Source: Bacteroidia bacterium
GTDB taxonomy: Bacteria; Bacteroidota; Bacteroidia; NS11-12g; UBA9320
Length of the DNA stretch: 64,000 bases
Reading direction: 5' to 3'
NCBI GenBank assembly: GCA_965216465.1
Contig: CBDCFW010000006.1
Coordinates: forward strand, 608,001 to 672,000
The notes under the pieces are model-generated. The model made no database searches, was not told the DNA's origin, and saw only the letters and a program-made list of their open reading frames with translations. Of the stretch, positions 8,900 to 20,021 are shown in pieces. The position numbers and the translations under genes are program-made. Within the stretch, counting starts at the first letter, position 1. Every line of letters begins with the position of its first letter.

Positions 8900-9709
8900 A
8901 TGGGACAACGACTTGAAAATGCAAAGGCACTTTACCTTGAAGGAATTCGTGATGGTAATTATGAAGATGCTATCAATAAGTACACTGGAGACTTTTATAA
9001 ACAACACAGCACTGGTGTAAAAGACGGCAAAGACGGTTTTATAGAATTCTTCAGTGACTTTGTAAAGCGTAATCCAAAGAGAGACATCAAAATTGTGCGT
9101 GCTCTTGAAGACGACCGCTATGTTTTCGTACAAGCTTTTCAGGACATAAACGACGGTGAATGGCAATGGGTTACCACCGACTTTTTTGACTACGACAATC
9201 AAGATAAAATAATTGAGCACTGGGATGTGATTTCTGCATTTGAGGGGGTTAATGAAGTTAACGGGGTTAGTGGGGTTAATGAATCTGGCCGATCCACCAT
9301 CGATGGACCTACAGAAGTCGAGGACCTTGATAAAACATCAGCGAACAAAGCATTGGTGAGAAACTTTATTCAAGACGCTTTAATGAAAGGCGGTAATTCA
9401 TCAGACTTAGGCCGATACATTTCTTCTGAGCAATACATTCAGCACAATAAAGATGTACCTGATGGTCTTGAAGCTTTTCAAAAGCTTGCTTCAGCTCCAA
9501 ATCGTCCTTTAAATTATCAAGAGATCGTTTTATTGGTAGGCCAGGGAAACTTTGTTGCAACACTCTGTAAAGCCAACTGGAATGACGGCAAGACTAATCA
9601 GGATTATGCTCAGGTTGACCTCTTTCGCATTGAGAATGGTAAAATCGTTGAGCACTGGGATAATGTTGAGCCTGTTCCTGAAAATTCAGTAAACAGCGGT
9701 AAGTTTTAG
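8900..9709 (+). CDS. Tandem SnoaL/NTF2-like domain protein
   Basis: Two repeats ending KIIEHWD and KIVEHWD, with YKQHS and YIQHN motifs. Confidence 0.85.
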   Translation: MGQRLENAKALYLEGIRDGNYEDAINKYTGDFYKQHSTGVKDGKDGFIEFFSDFVKRNPKRDIKIVRALEDDRYVFVQAFQDINDGEWQWVTTDFFDYDNQDKIIEHWDVISAFEGVNEVNGVSGVNESGRSTIDGPTEVEDLDKTSANKALVRNFIQDALMKGGNSSDLGRYISSEQYIQHNKDVPDGLEAFQKLASAPNRPLNYQEIVLLVGQGNFVATLCKANWNDGKTNQDYAQVDLFRIENGKIVEHWDNVEPVPENSVNSGKF

Positions 9710-9819
9710 CGGCTCTCGCTAGATTTACTATATTTGTTAAAGGGGAACATTTATAGGTATTAACCTACATCCTTTCTCCAAAATTGGCTTCTGACTATAG
9801 ACGTTTTAGAAAAACATTA

Positions 9820-12800
9820 ATGATTGAAAACTTAAAATCTCTAATTTTTAAATTGGGGATGGTGCTAGCACTGTCCTTAATATGTACTTTTTCCTTTGCT
9901 CAATTATCTGGAACTTACACAATTAACAAGGGAGAGCCGCATACTTCGAGTAATTATACTTCCTTTCAACAGGCGTTTGATAGCTTGCATAAATACGGTG
10001 TCAGTGGTCCAGTTGTGTTTGAAGTAGTTGATACTTCAGGAACCTATGTTGGGTCAACGTGGCTTCATCGCATTCCAGGTACAAGTTCTGTTAACACTGT
10101 ACTCTTCAAAAATTCAAGTATTAATAACGGCCCAGCGACGATGGGTACAAGTAATTTCTGCTCTAGTGCTGTTTTAGCTATGGATAGTTGCAGCTATGTA
10201 ACTTTCGATGGCTTGAGAATAAACAACTTTGTTTCTTGTCAACCTATTTGGCTCTATGATCTAAATCATCATATTACTTTTAAGAATATGAAGTTTTTTG
10301 GACATGCAAATGGTACTTCAAGAGCAATTTATAAGCGAAGTACTGGAAAACCTCAACACGATATTCTAATAGACAGTTGTGAATTCTCACGATTTGGGAT
10401 TGCAATCTACTTCGACTCTTGGCTTGCATCGGTGGGTGGTGATTTAGACTCGAACAACACCGTAACAAATTGTTCATTTGATGGTACAGGATTTAATTGT
10501 ATCTATGAGAAAAATGGAAATTTCTCAAACAATAATATTTATATCAGCGATAGCTTCACATCATTTTCGGGTAATCCAACTTCAATGGGATTTCGCATTG
10601 AAGACATGGCTGGAGGAGTGATTGAAAAAAATAGGGTACATATACAAAGCAATGCTGGAGTCCGTGGAATACGTGTTCAACGTAGTGGTGGATACTATTC
10701 TAATATTCCCGTCCTCATTAAAAACAACGTGGTTACTATAGACAATCGAGGTACTTTTCTTCCAGCTTATGGTCTCTATATGTATCATCCAGACAGTGCA
10801 ACAATTTACCAAAACACCTTCGTCGTTAATAGTGATGCAGCCAACACTTCTGCTATTTGGATGTATTCTTTAGATACAACAAACTATTGCAGAATTAAAA
10901 ACAATATTTTTCATTTAGAAAAGGCAGGATCTAGTTTTTCAGGACCGAGTACTACAACATACCCAAACCATTGTGATTATAACAATTGGTATTTTGGAAG
11001 CTTCGACACAAGCTTGCTAAACATCGACACGGTTAAAAGCTTCCTTCGGTCACAGGGTATGGATTCAAATTCTACCTTTATTAATCCTTACTTTGATTCT
11101 GCTCATTTCAGACCATTCCATGCAGGTTTGAATGCTGCTGGTGTTTCTGGTCTAGGTATTACAGATGATTTTGATGATGATTTGAGAGGAAGCCCCCCAG
11201 ATATAGGAGCGGACGAATTTAATCCAGATCCAAATTCCGCGGCTTTGTTTGCTTTAGAAAATACAGTTTATTGTTCAGGCGTTGACTCTGTTTATGTGGA
11301 AGTTGAAAATGTTGGATCCAACATGTTAACTAGCTTAGAAATACTTTGGGAAAAAAGCATTAACGGGGGAAGCTGGAGTAGCCATGAAACGGTTAATTGG
11401 TCGGGTTCAGTTGCAAACAACAATCGAGCTATATTAAATCTTGGAGATTATTCTTTTAGTTGGTCCGACAAGGTCAAATTTCGGTACCTTATTAAGAAGG
11501 TGAATGGGTTGAATGTGAGCCAAAATCATATTAATTCCGATAGCACACCTGAATTGCATGTTGGTCTATCAGGAACCTATTCTGTTGGTCAACCAACTGA
11601 TGATTTTCCAACTCTAGACTCTGCCATTAATGTTTTGAATGACCGGGGAATTTGCTCTTCTATAATATTTGAATTATCGGACGGATATCATTATGGGCAC
11701 CATAAAGTAAATCGATTTATTACTAGGAATGATTACGATTCTGTTTTGTTCATTAGTAAAAATGAACACAAAGCTATACTCCATGATAGTACAACTTCTA
11801 GCCCTTTATCTGCCAAACTGCTTATAAACGGAGCAAAGAGTTTAACATTTCAGGATTTAAAATTTGAGCATATAGAACCTGTAAGTTATACCTATGTTGT
11901 TTTTGACTCCGCGTGTAGCAACATTCGATTTGACAACATCATTTTTGGAAAGAATAACTACGCTATTTCCAACAACATGAGTGCTCAAATTTCTAATCTT
12001 ACTATTACCAACTGCGTAGCCGATAGCTTCAATCACTTTGTGAGCTTATATGCAAACGATAGTGGTGAAAGGCATCGCAATATCTTGTTAGCTGGAAATT
12101 CTACTCGAGTTACCAATTTGTTCTTCTTCATTGAACAGGCTTCTAATGTAACTTTAGAACAAAATTCATTTGACAATCTATCTTTTGTAGGTCAGGGCAG
12201 AGAGTTTGGTGGTTTTAGAAACTGTGACAATATTATTTTATCACGCAACCTCATTAAGGTAAAAAGTTCGACAGCTCTATATGTAGATAATTATTACGCA
12301 GATAATCCTTCAGTGGTTCTTATAAACAATGATATTCAGCAACTTGAAAATACATCATATACCTATGACCATTCTGTGGTGTTTAGGTACTGCGACCTTC
12401 AACTGCTGCACAACTCTTTCACTTGCTACAAGAGCAAAATGGACGAATCCCTTGTTGATGCCTTTGGGTACACGAGTACATCTGTAATTCATGGCAATTC
12501 ATTCGTTAATTATGGAGATGGAATGAGTCTAAGTGTAGTCGATTATGACTCCTTGTCTTTAAGCTCTAATAACTTTTATTCAAATGGAAAGAGGCTCGTA
12601 CAACTCCGTGAATATGGTGAGCAATTTGTTGAATGGGTAACTCCAGATTCATTAAATATTAATGTAGATCCACTTTTCAGACCAGGTGAATCTTCTGTAT
12701 CAAACCACCCTAATTTTGTTGATGCGTTGGAGGCAACAATTCAGCTAGATCTGCACGGATCACCTAGGGATTCATTAACGGACATTGGCCCATATAACCT

Positions 12801-15800
12801 TGATTCAACTTTTGGAAATTTAGAATTATCTGGAATCCAGAAAGGATTTTGTGAAGGAGTAAATCCTATTCAATTTGAAGTTACGAACTTTGGCCTAGAC
12901 ACTGTCTCAAATTTTCAAGTACAAGCATACCAAAGATCAATCGATTCTATTACATGGAATCCCACTGGGAGTCAAATTTTAAGTTCAAGTATCCCTCCTG
13001 GAGAAAAACAGGAATTTAGTATTGATAGCTTCTCTATTGGTATTATGGATCAAAGAGAAATCAAGCTCGAGATTAAACAAGTAAATAGTTCTATCGACAG
13101 CATTGGCTTATTCAATGAGCTAATCTCTGATACGATAGTATCAGGCATAAGTGGAGATTTTATCGTGGGTGGAACTGTTCATGATTTTGTTAACCTATTT
13201 GATGCTCTCGACACCTTGTACAAGCGAGGTCTATGCGGACCGGTTAGACTGCTTGTAAGAGATACTATTTACAAAGAACAATTGAAGATATCTGCAATAA
13301 ATGGCTCAAGTAATATCAACACGCTAACCATAAAATCACATCCAGCTAATTCAGGCAAAGTTCGTTTTGAAGTTAAAGGAATTGATGAGGAAGAAAAATG
13401 TATAATTCATATTGACAATGCTGCCAATATAGTTTTTGACAGTCTTCATATAGAGAGTAAAGATGCAGGAATCGCCTCTGACCTAGTTTTCGCCTCATTA
13501 ATTAAAATGACCAACGTTGTAAAGAACATTGAGATATATAATACAACGCTTCAGGATATAAATACGACTGCATATAGAGCACACATTTGCTTAGGAGATT
13601 TCATCAGTGGATCCTTGTTTCATTGTAACAGACTAATAGTTAGTAATTGCGATTTTTCGAAAGGAACAAGTCCATTTAGATTTGGCCATTTTAGCCAATC
13701 ATGGTCAAACGATTATGTTAAAGTAACAGGTTCATCATTTTCTGACCACAAATCTTATGGTGGTGTTATACGCTGTGATAGTCTCTATTTTAATAATAAT
13801 AGATTTATAGACAACGGCTCTGGAACTTGCGGATTTAATCTTAGAGCACAGTATGGAGAAGTAGATGGCAACATATGGAATGCCAATAAGGGGCCAGTAG
13901 GAGGCAGTGTATTTACATTATTCCAAGACCGTGATATCGATTCAAATGGAGCTATTTGGGTGAAGAACAATATGATTAATCAGGTTGAAAACTCTACTGG
14001 TGTTCTTCGATCAAAAATGATTTATGCTCAATCGGGTAACGTGAATATTGTACACAATTCCATTCAATACAAGTCAAATTCAATTTTCGCTTCAAGTAAT
14101 GCATTGTTTCCAATGTACCACGAAGATGCAAACATCATGTTCATGAATAACAATGTGGTAGTTGATGCAATGAGACCTCTATTTGACTTTAACTTCAGGG
14201 ACTCAATTCAAATTATTGATCACAACAACTACCAGGTAGGTTTCAGTGGATCCAGCCCATATGACCTCAGATTTTGTCTAAGGCCAAATATTGAAAGCTT
14301 AAAAGAGTATAAAGATTCTTTAAGATTTGATTCCAATTCCATAAGTAAAGATCCTAAATTTCTATCCAATACCAACCTTAGGGCCTCAAGTCCTTATATC
14401 TGGGCCTCTGGAAAATTCATTGCTCATGCACATTTAGATATTGATAGTGCTGATCGCCAACAGGGATCTACCGACATTGGAGTTAATCAGGTTACAAGAT
14501 ACGATAGAAATGCGTCTCTATATTGGCATGACCCTCTCTTCTGTTCAGATACACAGGATATTGCAGTTGGAGTTATAAATGAAGGAGTTGACACAATTAC
14601 ATCCATCAATCTACACTGGGATTATCTTGATCACAATAATCAATGGCAATTAGGAGGATCAAAAATAATCACAACCAATCTAGCCACATTCGATTCAGCA
14701 GAACTGGTAATTAGCCGTTTCTTTATGCATGAAGATAGTTTCTATCAATTTAAGTTTGTTATAGACTCCATTAATCACGACACTGATCAGTTTAATGCCG
14801 AAGATTCTTTCGAGACTGAAGAATTTCAAATTGCACTTCATGGTATATATACCGTTGGTAATAACAATTCTGATTATTCGACAATAATTAAAGCTGTTGA
14901 AGCACTTGAAACAAGAGGAATTTGTGGTCCTACCTGGATGAATTTAGAGCCACGAGACTTCACCAAATTTCTTACCATCGGCTCTGTTCGGGGAACAAGT
15001 CAAGACAACCATTTAGTGTTCCAATCAGACCCAAATCTAGGTGGAAGAGCTCGATTTGTAACTAAGTTCAATTCAAGCTTTGATCCACCACTCGATGCAA
15101 GTGGACTTAGTTTTGCAGAATTTCGAAATCTATCTTTTGTAGGATTTGACAATAGAAATAGAACCCTGTGTTTTATAGAAGATTGTAAGAATGTGTCACT
15201 TCGCAATGACTCTATTTATTATGCTGATCCAGTCGTTGCTGGACCTTCAATTATTGTGGTTAATGGAGAGTGTCAATATATAACAATAGACTCTTGTATT
15301 ATACGTGAAAAGAGACTTGGAATTGAACTAAGACAAGACATACGCAAACCAGTAGACAATAATTTTGAAATAACTAACAACAGAATTGAACAGATTGGAC
15401 AGGCCATTATTGCCTATTCAACAAAAAACCTGCTTGTAAGAGAAAACGACATTTCAGTAACAGCAACTCCAGGTATTGGAATTGGCCAAGGACGGGGGAT
15501 TCGAGTAGAAAAGAATTCAATTTATGCCTCATACAATGGGCCTGTTAATGCACTAGACATTACATCATCTGCATTATTCCCCCATGATACAACTTATGTA
15601 ATTAACAACATGATTTCGGTTGCTGGAAATAGTACAGGAGGCTCCAAGGCACTAAATCTAGAACTTGAGGATGCCGTAGTGGCAAATAACAGTGCTTACC
15701 TTGGCTCGACAACCCAAAATTCTGCCGTAGCGGCATATTTCCACTTAGACCGAGACAGTGCAACAATTTTACACTACAATAACTCGTATCAAACCAATCA

Positions 15801-18798
15801 ATTTGGAGATGTTTTACATATCGACCTCGAAACTGGTGTGCAATCAAATTTCATTTCAGACAATAACAATTATCACTCCGGAAGAAGTAATCCATTTAAA
15901 CACGATGGATCTCGCTATACTTTAGCCAATTTTCGAAATACAACAACCTGGGATAGCAATAGCATTGAAGTAGATCCTATGTACTATAGCACCCGAGATC
16001 TTCACATTAACAGTAAAGACCTTAACGCAAAAGGTAAACCGCTTAGCTCAGTAACAGACGACTATGATAAACAGCTACGTGAGCCAACACCTGATATAGG
16101 TGCCGATGAAATTGAGGTGCATAACTTTGACTTAAGAGCCTTAGGCGTTGACTTAAGTACTTTAAAAGCATGTGGATGGAATGACCAAAGCATTGATGTA
16201 ATAGTAGACAATTTCGGCAACTCGCAGATTGACACTTTCGATGTTATCTGCATGGTTAAGGGACCGATTTCTGATACCATAACACAGACATTTAATGTGT
16301 CTGTAATTCCTGATCAAAGAGATACCTTCTCGGTTGATAGTTTTGATTTTAGTCAACCAGGTGAATATTCTATACAATTTGTCGTTCGTGATAATCTCGA
16401 TAGCGCGTTCTTTAACGACACATTTACTACTTCTTACACCTCAACACGAAACACGGGACCAATTGTATCAGGATATGAAGGCTGCGAAAACAAATCGTAT
16501 ATTGTTACTTTCTATGGCCCTTTAGGTTACAACTCATATAACTGGTATAATAATCCTTTCGGAGGTTCTAGTATTTCATCATCAAGAATTTTTTCAAATG
16601 TTGGTGTAAAAACTAAATCCGACTCATTCTATCTTGAGTTGGGGTCAAGTAATTTAGACTCTTTAGGCCCAATTAATGATGGTACAGGAAGCAAATACAA
16701 CTCAACCGAACTTTCAAAAGGGTTGAAATTTGACGTACTCGAGGCTTCCATTCTGAATAGTCTAAATGTAAAATTGGCTAGCCTGAATGAAGTTGTACAA
16801 ATCAATATCGTTAACGACGACGGAATTCTGGCATATCAAAAAACGTTTAATGCAACTCAAGTTGGATGGAACACATTAAACCTACAAGCGTATCTCCCAA
16901 AAGGACAAAACTATGTTATTACAGCTACTGGAACTAAAGCAGGAACGATGATGGTTAACACATCTGGATTATCCTATCCATATCACAACCAAGATTCTAG
17001 CTTTGTATTAAAATCGGATGCGGATGGAACACTAACCGAATATCCTTTCTTCTACAATTGGAAGGTGTCTAAAGCATCTTGTTTTGACCGTGTTCCTGTG
17101 ATAATGTCAATCCTCAAAAAACCGGAAACCCCACTAATTTTTGTGGATTCAATTTGCGCAGGAGATGACTTGGTTGCTTATACCAACGATACAGCAAATA
17201 CACACAACTGGTATACATCATCAACACAGACTACACCTTTCACTACGAATGATACAGCAACGTTGCTTAGCAGAACCAGCTCAGGAAAAATTTATGTTCA
17301 AGTTGACAGTTCAAATACATGTCAATCTGATCGTGCGGAGGCTACTTATATAGTAAACTTGAAGCCCGACAGTCCTTTAACAATTGATAGCTCAAACTGT
17401 TCTGGTGATTCTATTGTTCTAAACTACCAGTCTGACAGTTTAACCTGGCTGTGGCATGCTGACAGCTTAAGACAACAGTTAATTCTAACGGGTAATTACC
17501 TTGTAATACATACTGCAAATGATACCGTTTTATGGGCTAGCCGAAGTTCAAATAACTGTTTAAGCGAGCCAAGTAAAATTAGCATACAAAGCACTTCGTT
17601 GCCCTCACCTCCAATTATTAATGGAGATACTACATATTGTTTCAACGATTCATTGAAATTTAATAGTGTCGATGGTAGGTCCTACCTGTGGAATTATGAT
17701 AGCGATTACACACTAGATTCAAATAGTACATTCAAATCAACTCATCAAAACACCGGATTTCATCAACTTAATATCTCAATTGCAATTGGTAACTGCATCA
17801 GCTCAATTACAAAAACAATCGAAGTTAAAGCCAATCCAATAGCACCACCAGCAATTGATGACAGTTTATGTGTTGGCTCGGATATTGTGTTGAGTGGTAA
17901 TTCCAACTACACCAATTTCTGGTACATAAGTAATTCTTCTTCAAGCTTCGATTCGAGCTTAAATTTACAACTCCAGAATTTATCCGGTGATACCACTTTG
18001 TACTTAGAACATGATAGTCTTGGATGCCGAAGTGATCGCGTTGCTCAAACGCTTATAGTTCGCGATACCTTTGCTCCAAAAGTAAATGATATCTATAGCG
18101 ACAGTGCTTGTATCGGTGATTCTATCACCCTAAACTTAGACCCATCTTCTGGAAGTGGACATTGGTATAAGGAATCATTTAGCTCAGATTCACTATCCAC
18201 AGGAAGTTCAAAGGTGTTTTATCAAACATCTCAATCTGGGAAGTACTTGGTCTTTGCATCTAACCAATACTGTTCAAGCGATACGCAAGAAATAAACATG
18301 GCTATTCATCCTATTCCCAATGCAAGTTTCAACTATTCAATTAGTGGCAATACCTTACACCTTAGGTCTGATTCTACTCATCCAAACTTTAGCCATACTT
18401 GGGAAATTGAAGGTCAAGATGAAGGCAGTGAAGACTCCCTAGAATATATCGCTTCAACAAATGGAACGTATCAAGTTATTCATACAATCATAGATCAAAT
18501 TACAGGATGTGAGATTAGTGATACTCAATCCGTCCAAATGGATCGAGTTGGCGTTCATGGTGTTCAAACGAACATCACAACGTTGTATCCAAACCCAGCG
18601 AATGAATGGTTTTCAATCAAGTTTACAAAACTTCCAAAGACGCTTTATCTGTATGATCAATATGGAAAATTGGTTAAAGAATACAATTTAGAAGATGGTA
18701 ATCGATTTGACATTAAGGGGTTAGCGTCAGGTATTTATGTTATAACCTATGAAATTGATAATAGGATTTACCAGGCCAAATTGGTTAAAAGGCAGTAG
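9820..18798 (+). CDS. Giant T9SS-secreted protein: four beta-helix/CARDB-like modules, Ig-like/PKD repeats, type A CTD
   Basis: Four LSGTYT-like module starts, each closed by a (P/T)DIG motif; C-terminal LYPNPA...YDQYG...GIY...KLVK. ATG 9820 preferred over TTG 9784; TATATTTG at 9729. Confidence 0.88.
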   Translation: MIENLKSLIFKLGMVLALSLICTFSFAQLSGTYTINKGEPHTSSNYTSFQQAFDSLHKYGVSGPVVFEVVDTSGTYVGSTWLHRIPGTSSVNTVLFKNSSINNGPATMGTSNFCSSAVLAMDSCSYVTFDGLRINNFVSCQPIWLYDLNHHITFKNMKFFGHANGTSRAIYKRSTGKPQHDILIDSCEFSRFGIAIYFDSWLASVGGDLDSNNTVTNCSFDGTGFNCIYEKNGNFSNNNIYISDSFTSFSGNPTSMGFRIEDMAGGVIEKNRVHIQSNAGVRGIRVQRSGGYYSNIPVLIKNNVVTIDNRGTFLPAYGLYMYHPDSATIYQNTFVVNSDAANTSAIWMYSLDTTNYCRIKNNIFHLEKAGSSFSGPSTTTYPNHCDYNNWYFGSFDTSLLNIDTVKSFLRSQGMDSNSTFINPYFDSAHFRPFHAGLNAAGVSGLGITDDFDDDLRGSPPDIGADEFNPDPNSAALFALENTVYCSGVDSVYVEVENVGSNMLTSLEILWEKSINGGSWSSHETVNWSGSVANNNRAILNLGDYSFSWSDKVKFRYLIKKVNGLNVSQNHINSDSTPELHVGLSGTYSVGQPTDDFPTLDSAINVLNDRGICSSIIFELSDGYHYGHHKVNRFITRNDYDSVLFISKNEHKAILHDSTTSSPLSAKLLINGAKSLTFQDLKFEHIEPVSYTYVVFDSACSNIRFDNIIFGKNNYAISNNMSAQISNLTITNCVADSFNHFVSLYANDSGERHRNILLAGNSTRVTNLFFFIEQASNVTLEQNSFDNLSFVGQGREFGGFRNCDNIILSRNLIKVKSSTALYVDNYYADNPSVVLINNDIQQLENTSYTYDHSVVFRYCDLQLLHNSFTCYKSKMDESLVDAFGYTSTSVIHGNSFVNYGDGMSLSVVDYDSLSLSSNNFYSNGKRLVQLREYGEQFVEWVTPDSLNINVDPLFRPGESSVSNHPNFVDALEATIQLDLHGSPRDSLTDIGPYNLDSTFGNLELSGIQKGFCEGVNPIQFEVTNFGLDTVSNFQVQAYQRSIDSITWNPTGSQILSSSIPPGEKQEFSIDSFSIGIMDQREIKLEIKQVNSSIDSIGLFNELISDTIVSGISGDFIVGGTVHDFVNLFDALDTLYKRGLCGPVRLLVRDTIYKEQLKISAINGSSNINTLTIKSHPANSGKVRFEVKGIDEEEKCIIHIDNAANIVFDSLHIESKDAGIASDLVFASLIKMTNVVKNIEIYNTTLQDINTTAYRAHICLGDFISGSLFHCNRLIVSNCDFSKGTSPFRFGHFSQSWSNDYVKVTGSSFSDHKSYGGVIRCDSLYFNNNRFIDNGSGTCGFNLRAQYGEVDGNIWNANKGPVGGSVFTLFQDRDIDSNGAIWVKNNMINQVENSTGVLRSKMIYAQSGNVNIVHNSIQYKSNSIFASSNALFPMYHEDANIMFMNNNVVVDAMRPLFDFNFRDSIQIIDHNNYQVGFSGSSPYDLRFCLRPNIESLKEYKDSLRFDSNSISKDPKFLSNTNLRASSPYIWASGKFIAHAHLDIDSADRQQGSTDIGVNQVTRYDRNASLYWHDPLFCSDTQDIAVGVINEGVDTITSINLHWDYLDHNNQWQLGGSKIITTNLATFDSAELVISRFFMHEDSFYQFKFVIDSINHDTDQFNAEDSFETEEFQIALHGIYTVGNNNSDYSTIIKAVEALETRGICGPTWMNLEPRDFTKFLTIGSVRGTSQDNHLVFQSDPNLGGRARFVTKFNSSFDPPLDASGLSFAEFRNLSFVGFDNRNRTLCFIEDCKNVSLRNDSIYYADPVVAGPSIIVVNGECQYITIDSCIIREKRLGIELRQDIRKPVDNNFEITNNRIEQIGQAIIAYSTKNLLVRENDISVTATPGIGIGQGRGIRVEKNSIYASYNGPVNALDITSSALFPHDTTYVINNMISVAGNSTGGSKALNLELEDAVVANNSAYLGSTTQNSAVAAYFHLDRDSATILHYNNSYQTNQFGDVLHIDLETGVQSNFISDNNNYHSGRSNPFKHDGSRYTLANFRNTTTWDSNSIEVDPMYYSTRDLHINSKDLNAKGKPLSSVTDDYDKQLREPTPDIGADEIEVHNFDLRALGVDLSTLKACGWNDQSIDVIVDNFGNSQIDTFDVICMVKGPISDTITQTFNVSVIPDQRDTFSVDSFDFSQPGEYSIQFVVRDNLDSAFFNDTFTTSYTSTRNTGPIVSGYEGCENKSYIVTFYGPLGYNSYNWYNNPFGGSSISSSRIFSNVGVKTKSDSFYLELGSSNLDSLGPINDGTGSKYNSTELSKGLKFDVLEASILNSLNVKLASLNEVVQINIVNDDGILAYQKTFNATQVGWNTLNLQAYLPKGQNYVITATGTKAGTMMVNTSGLSYPYHNQDSSFVLKSDADGTLTEYPFFYNWKVSKASCFDRVPVIMSILKKPETPLIFVDSICAGDDLVAYTNDTANTHNWYTSSTQTTPFTTNDTATLLSRTSSGKIYVQVDSSNTCQSDRAEATYIVNLKPDSPLTIDSSNCSGDSIVLNYQSDSLTWLWHADSLRQQLILTGNYLVIHTANDTVLWASRSSNNCLSEPSKISIQSTSLPSPPIINGDTTYCFNDSLKFNSVDGRSYLWNYDSDYTLDSNSTFKSTHQNTGFHQLNISIAIGNCISSITKTIEVKANPIAPPAIDDSLCVGSDIVLSGNSNYTNFWYISNSSSSFDSSLNLQLQNLSGDTTLYLEHDSLGCRSDRVAQTLIVRDTFAPKVNDIYSDSACIGDSITLNLDPSSGSGHWYKESFSSDSLSTGSSKVFYQTSQSGKYLVFASNQYCSSDTQEINMAIHPIPNASFNYSISGNTLHLRSDSTHPNFSHTWEIEGQDEGSEDSLEYIASTNGTYQVIHTIIDQITGCEISDTQSVQMDRVGVHGVQTNITTLYPNPANEWFSIKFTKLPKTLYLYDQYGKLVKEYNLEDGNRFDIKGLASGIYVITYEIDNRIYQAKLVKRQ

Positions 18799-19056
18799 TT
18801 AATTTCTGAAATACCCGTATAGTTTTATAACTACAAAACCAAGACCAAGAATATTTAAAATCACCCATACTCCATAGCAGAAGTAAGCAACCCTCTCCGA
18901 TGCAGTCATGCTCTCTAGGCTGTAAAAAGTTCCTTCAGAAGGCTCATAAAAATCTTCATAATTGAGCAGCAACAATCCAAGGAAAATATAAATCCCGAGG
19001 TCAACTAGGACCACAAGAATTATAATTAACACCCGCTTTAAAATTCCTTGCTGCAT
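18799..19056 (-). CDS. Small two-TM membrane protein
   Basis: 85 aa with two hydrophobic segments. Confidence 0.6.
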   Translation of the reverse strand: MQQGILKRVLIIILVVLVDLGIYIFLGLLLLNYEDFYEPSEGTFYSLESMTASERVAYFCYGVWVILNILGLGFVVIKLYGYFRN

Positions 19057-19156
19057 CTACTGCAAGTTCCTTGAACAAAAAGCTTAGAACAACTATTTTC
19101 GATTATTGAAAGCAAATAGAGTACGAAACGTAATCTATATTTGTGCAAACCGACTT

Positions 19157-19927
19157 ATGCAGCTACCCATCAACATTAATTTCCTTATCGGATCAACACA
19201 AGCGAGGTTAAAGATGATTGGTTACATCCTTCTGGCACAAACCATGTTTTACGTGATTGTAAGGCCCTTTTACATGGTGCACTATGAGCTAAAGGACTAT
19301 GTCATTGTGAATGCCGCTTATTTTGCAATTAGTGCATTGGTGCTATCTTTTGCTTTCTTGGTTATCCCAAGTTTATTTGAATCATGGTACAATAAACAAT
19401 TACAGCATTCAAAACGTAGGATGTGGTTCATTGGTTCTGCAATAGGCTTAATTGGCATACTTATATTTACATTTAAAATTGGCTTTGGCTATTATGAGTT
19501 TACCGCCGAAAGAGTGGTAACTGGTGCGCTGAGTTTAGCATTTTTAGGTGCTATTCCGTTAATCATTCTTCACCTTGCAAATAAGCATCCAAACGCCATC
19601 AATAATCAGCACATCGATCGTAAAATAGAAATAGGAAACGAATTAATTCCTGTTTCAAAGATCATCTATTTCTCGACCGACCGGAATAATCTGCATTTTC
19701 AAATTCTGGAAGATCAAATTCGCGAGATTAGACTTAGGTCAACGTTAAAATCATTCTTATCTAAACTGAATCAAGAAGATTGTTTTGTGCAAGTTCACCG
19801 AGCATTTGTCGTCAATAAATCAATGATTAAATCTATGCACTTAAAGGGTAAGAACAAACATGTGGTGCTTGATGGAATAGATGGCAAAATCCCCGTAGGA
19901 GATTCCTTCGTTTCAAATTTGAAATAA
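19157..19927 (+). CDS. Membrane-anchored LytTR DNA-binding domain protein
   Basis: Four TM segments, then STLKS...FVQVHRAFVVN...IPVG. ATG 19157 follows TATATTTG (19136). Confidence 0.85.
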   Translation: MQLPININFLIGSTQARLKMIGYILLAQTMFYVIVRPFYMVHYELKDYVIVNAAYFAISALVLSFAFLVIPSLFESWYNKQLQHSKRRMWFIGSAIGLIGILIFTFKIGFGYYEFTAERVVTGALSLAFLGAIPLIILHLANKHPNAINNQHIDRKIEIGNELIPVSKIIYFSTDRNNLHFQILEDQIREIRLRSTLKSFLSKLNQEDCFVQVHRAFVVNKSMIKSMHLKGKNKHVVLDGIDGKIPVGDSFVSNLK

Positions 19928-19939
19928 CAATTTTCCATC

Positions 19940-19967
19940 TTTATCCCTCAAAATGCGTATTCATCCC
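19940..19967 (+). promoter_or_regulatory. Putative LytTR-binding direct repeat
   Basis: TTTATCCC (19940) and TTCATCCC (19960), 20 bp apart, between the LytTR gene and the next gene. Confidence 0.45.
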
Positions 19968-20021
19968 ACCGGTTAGAATTACTGCTTTCGTGCATATAAA
20001 TTAGCTCAACAAAATGCTTTT

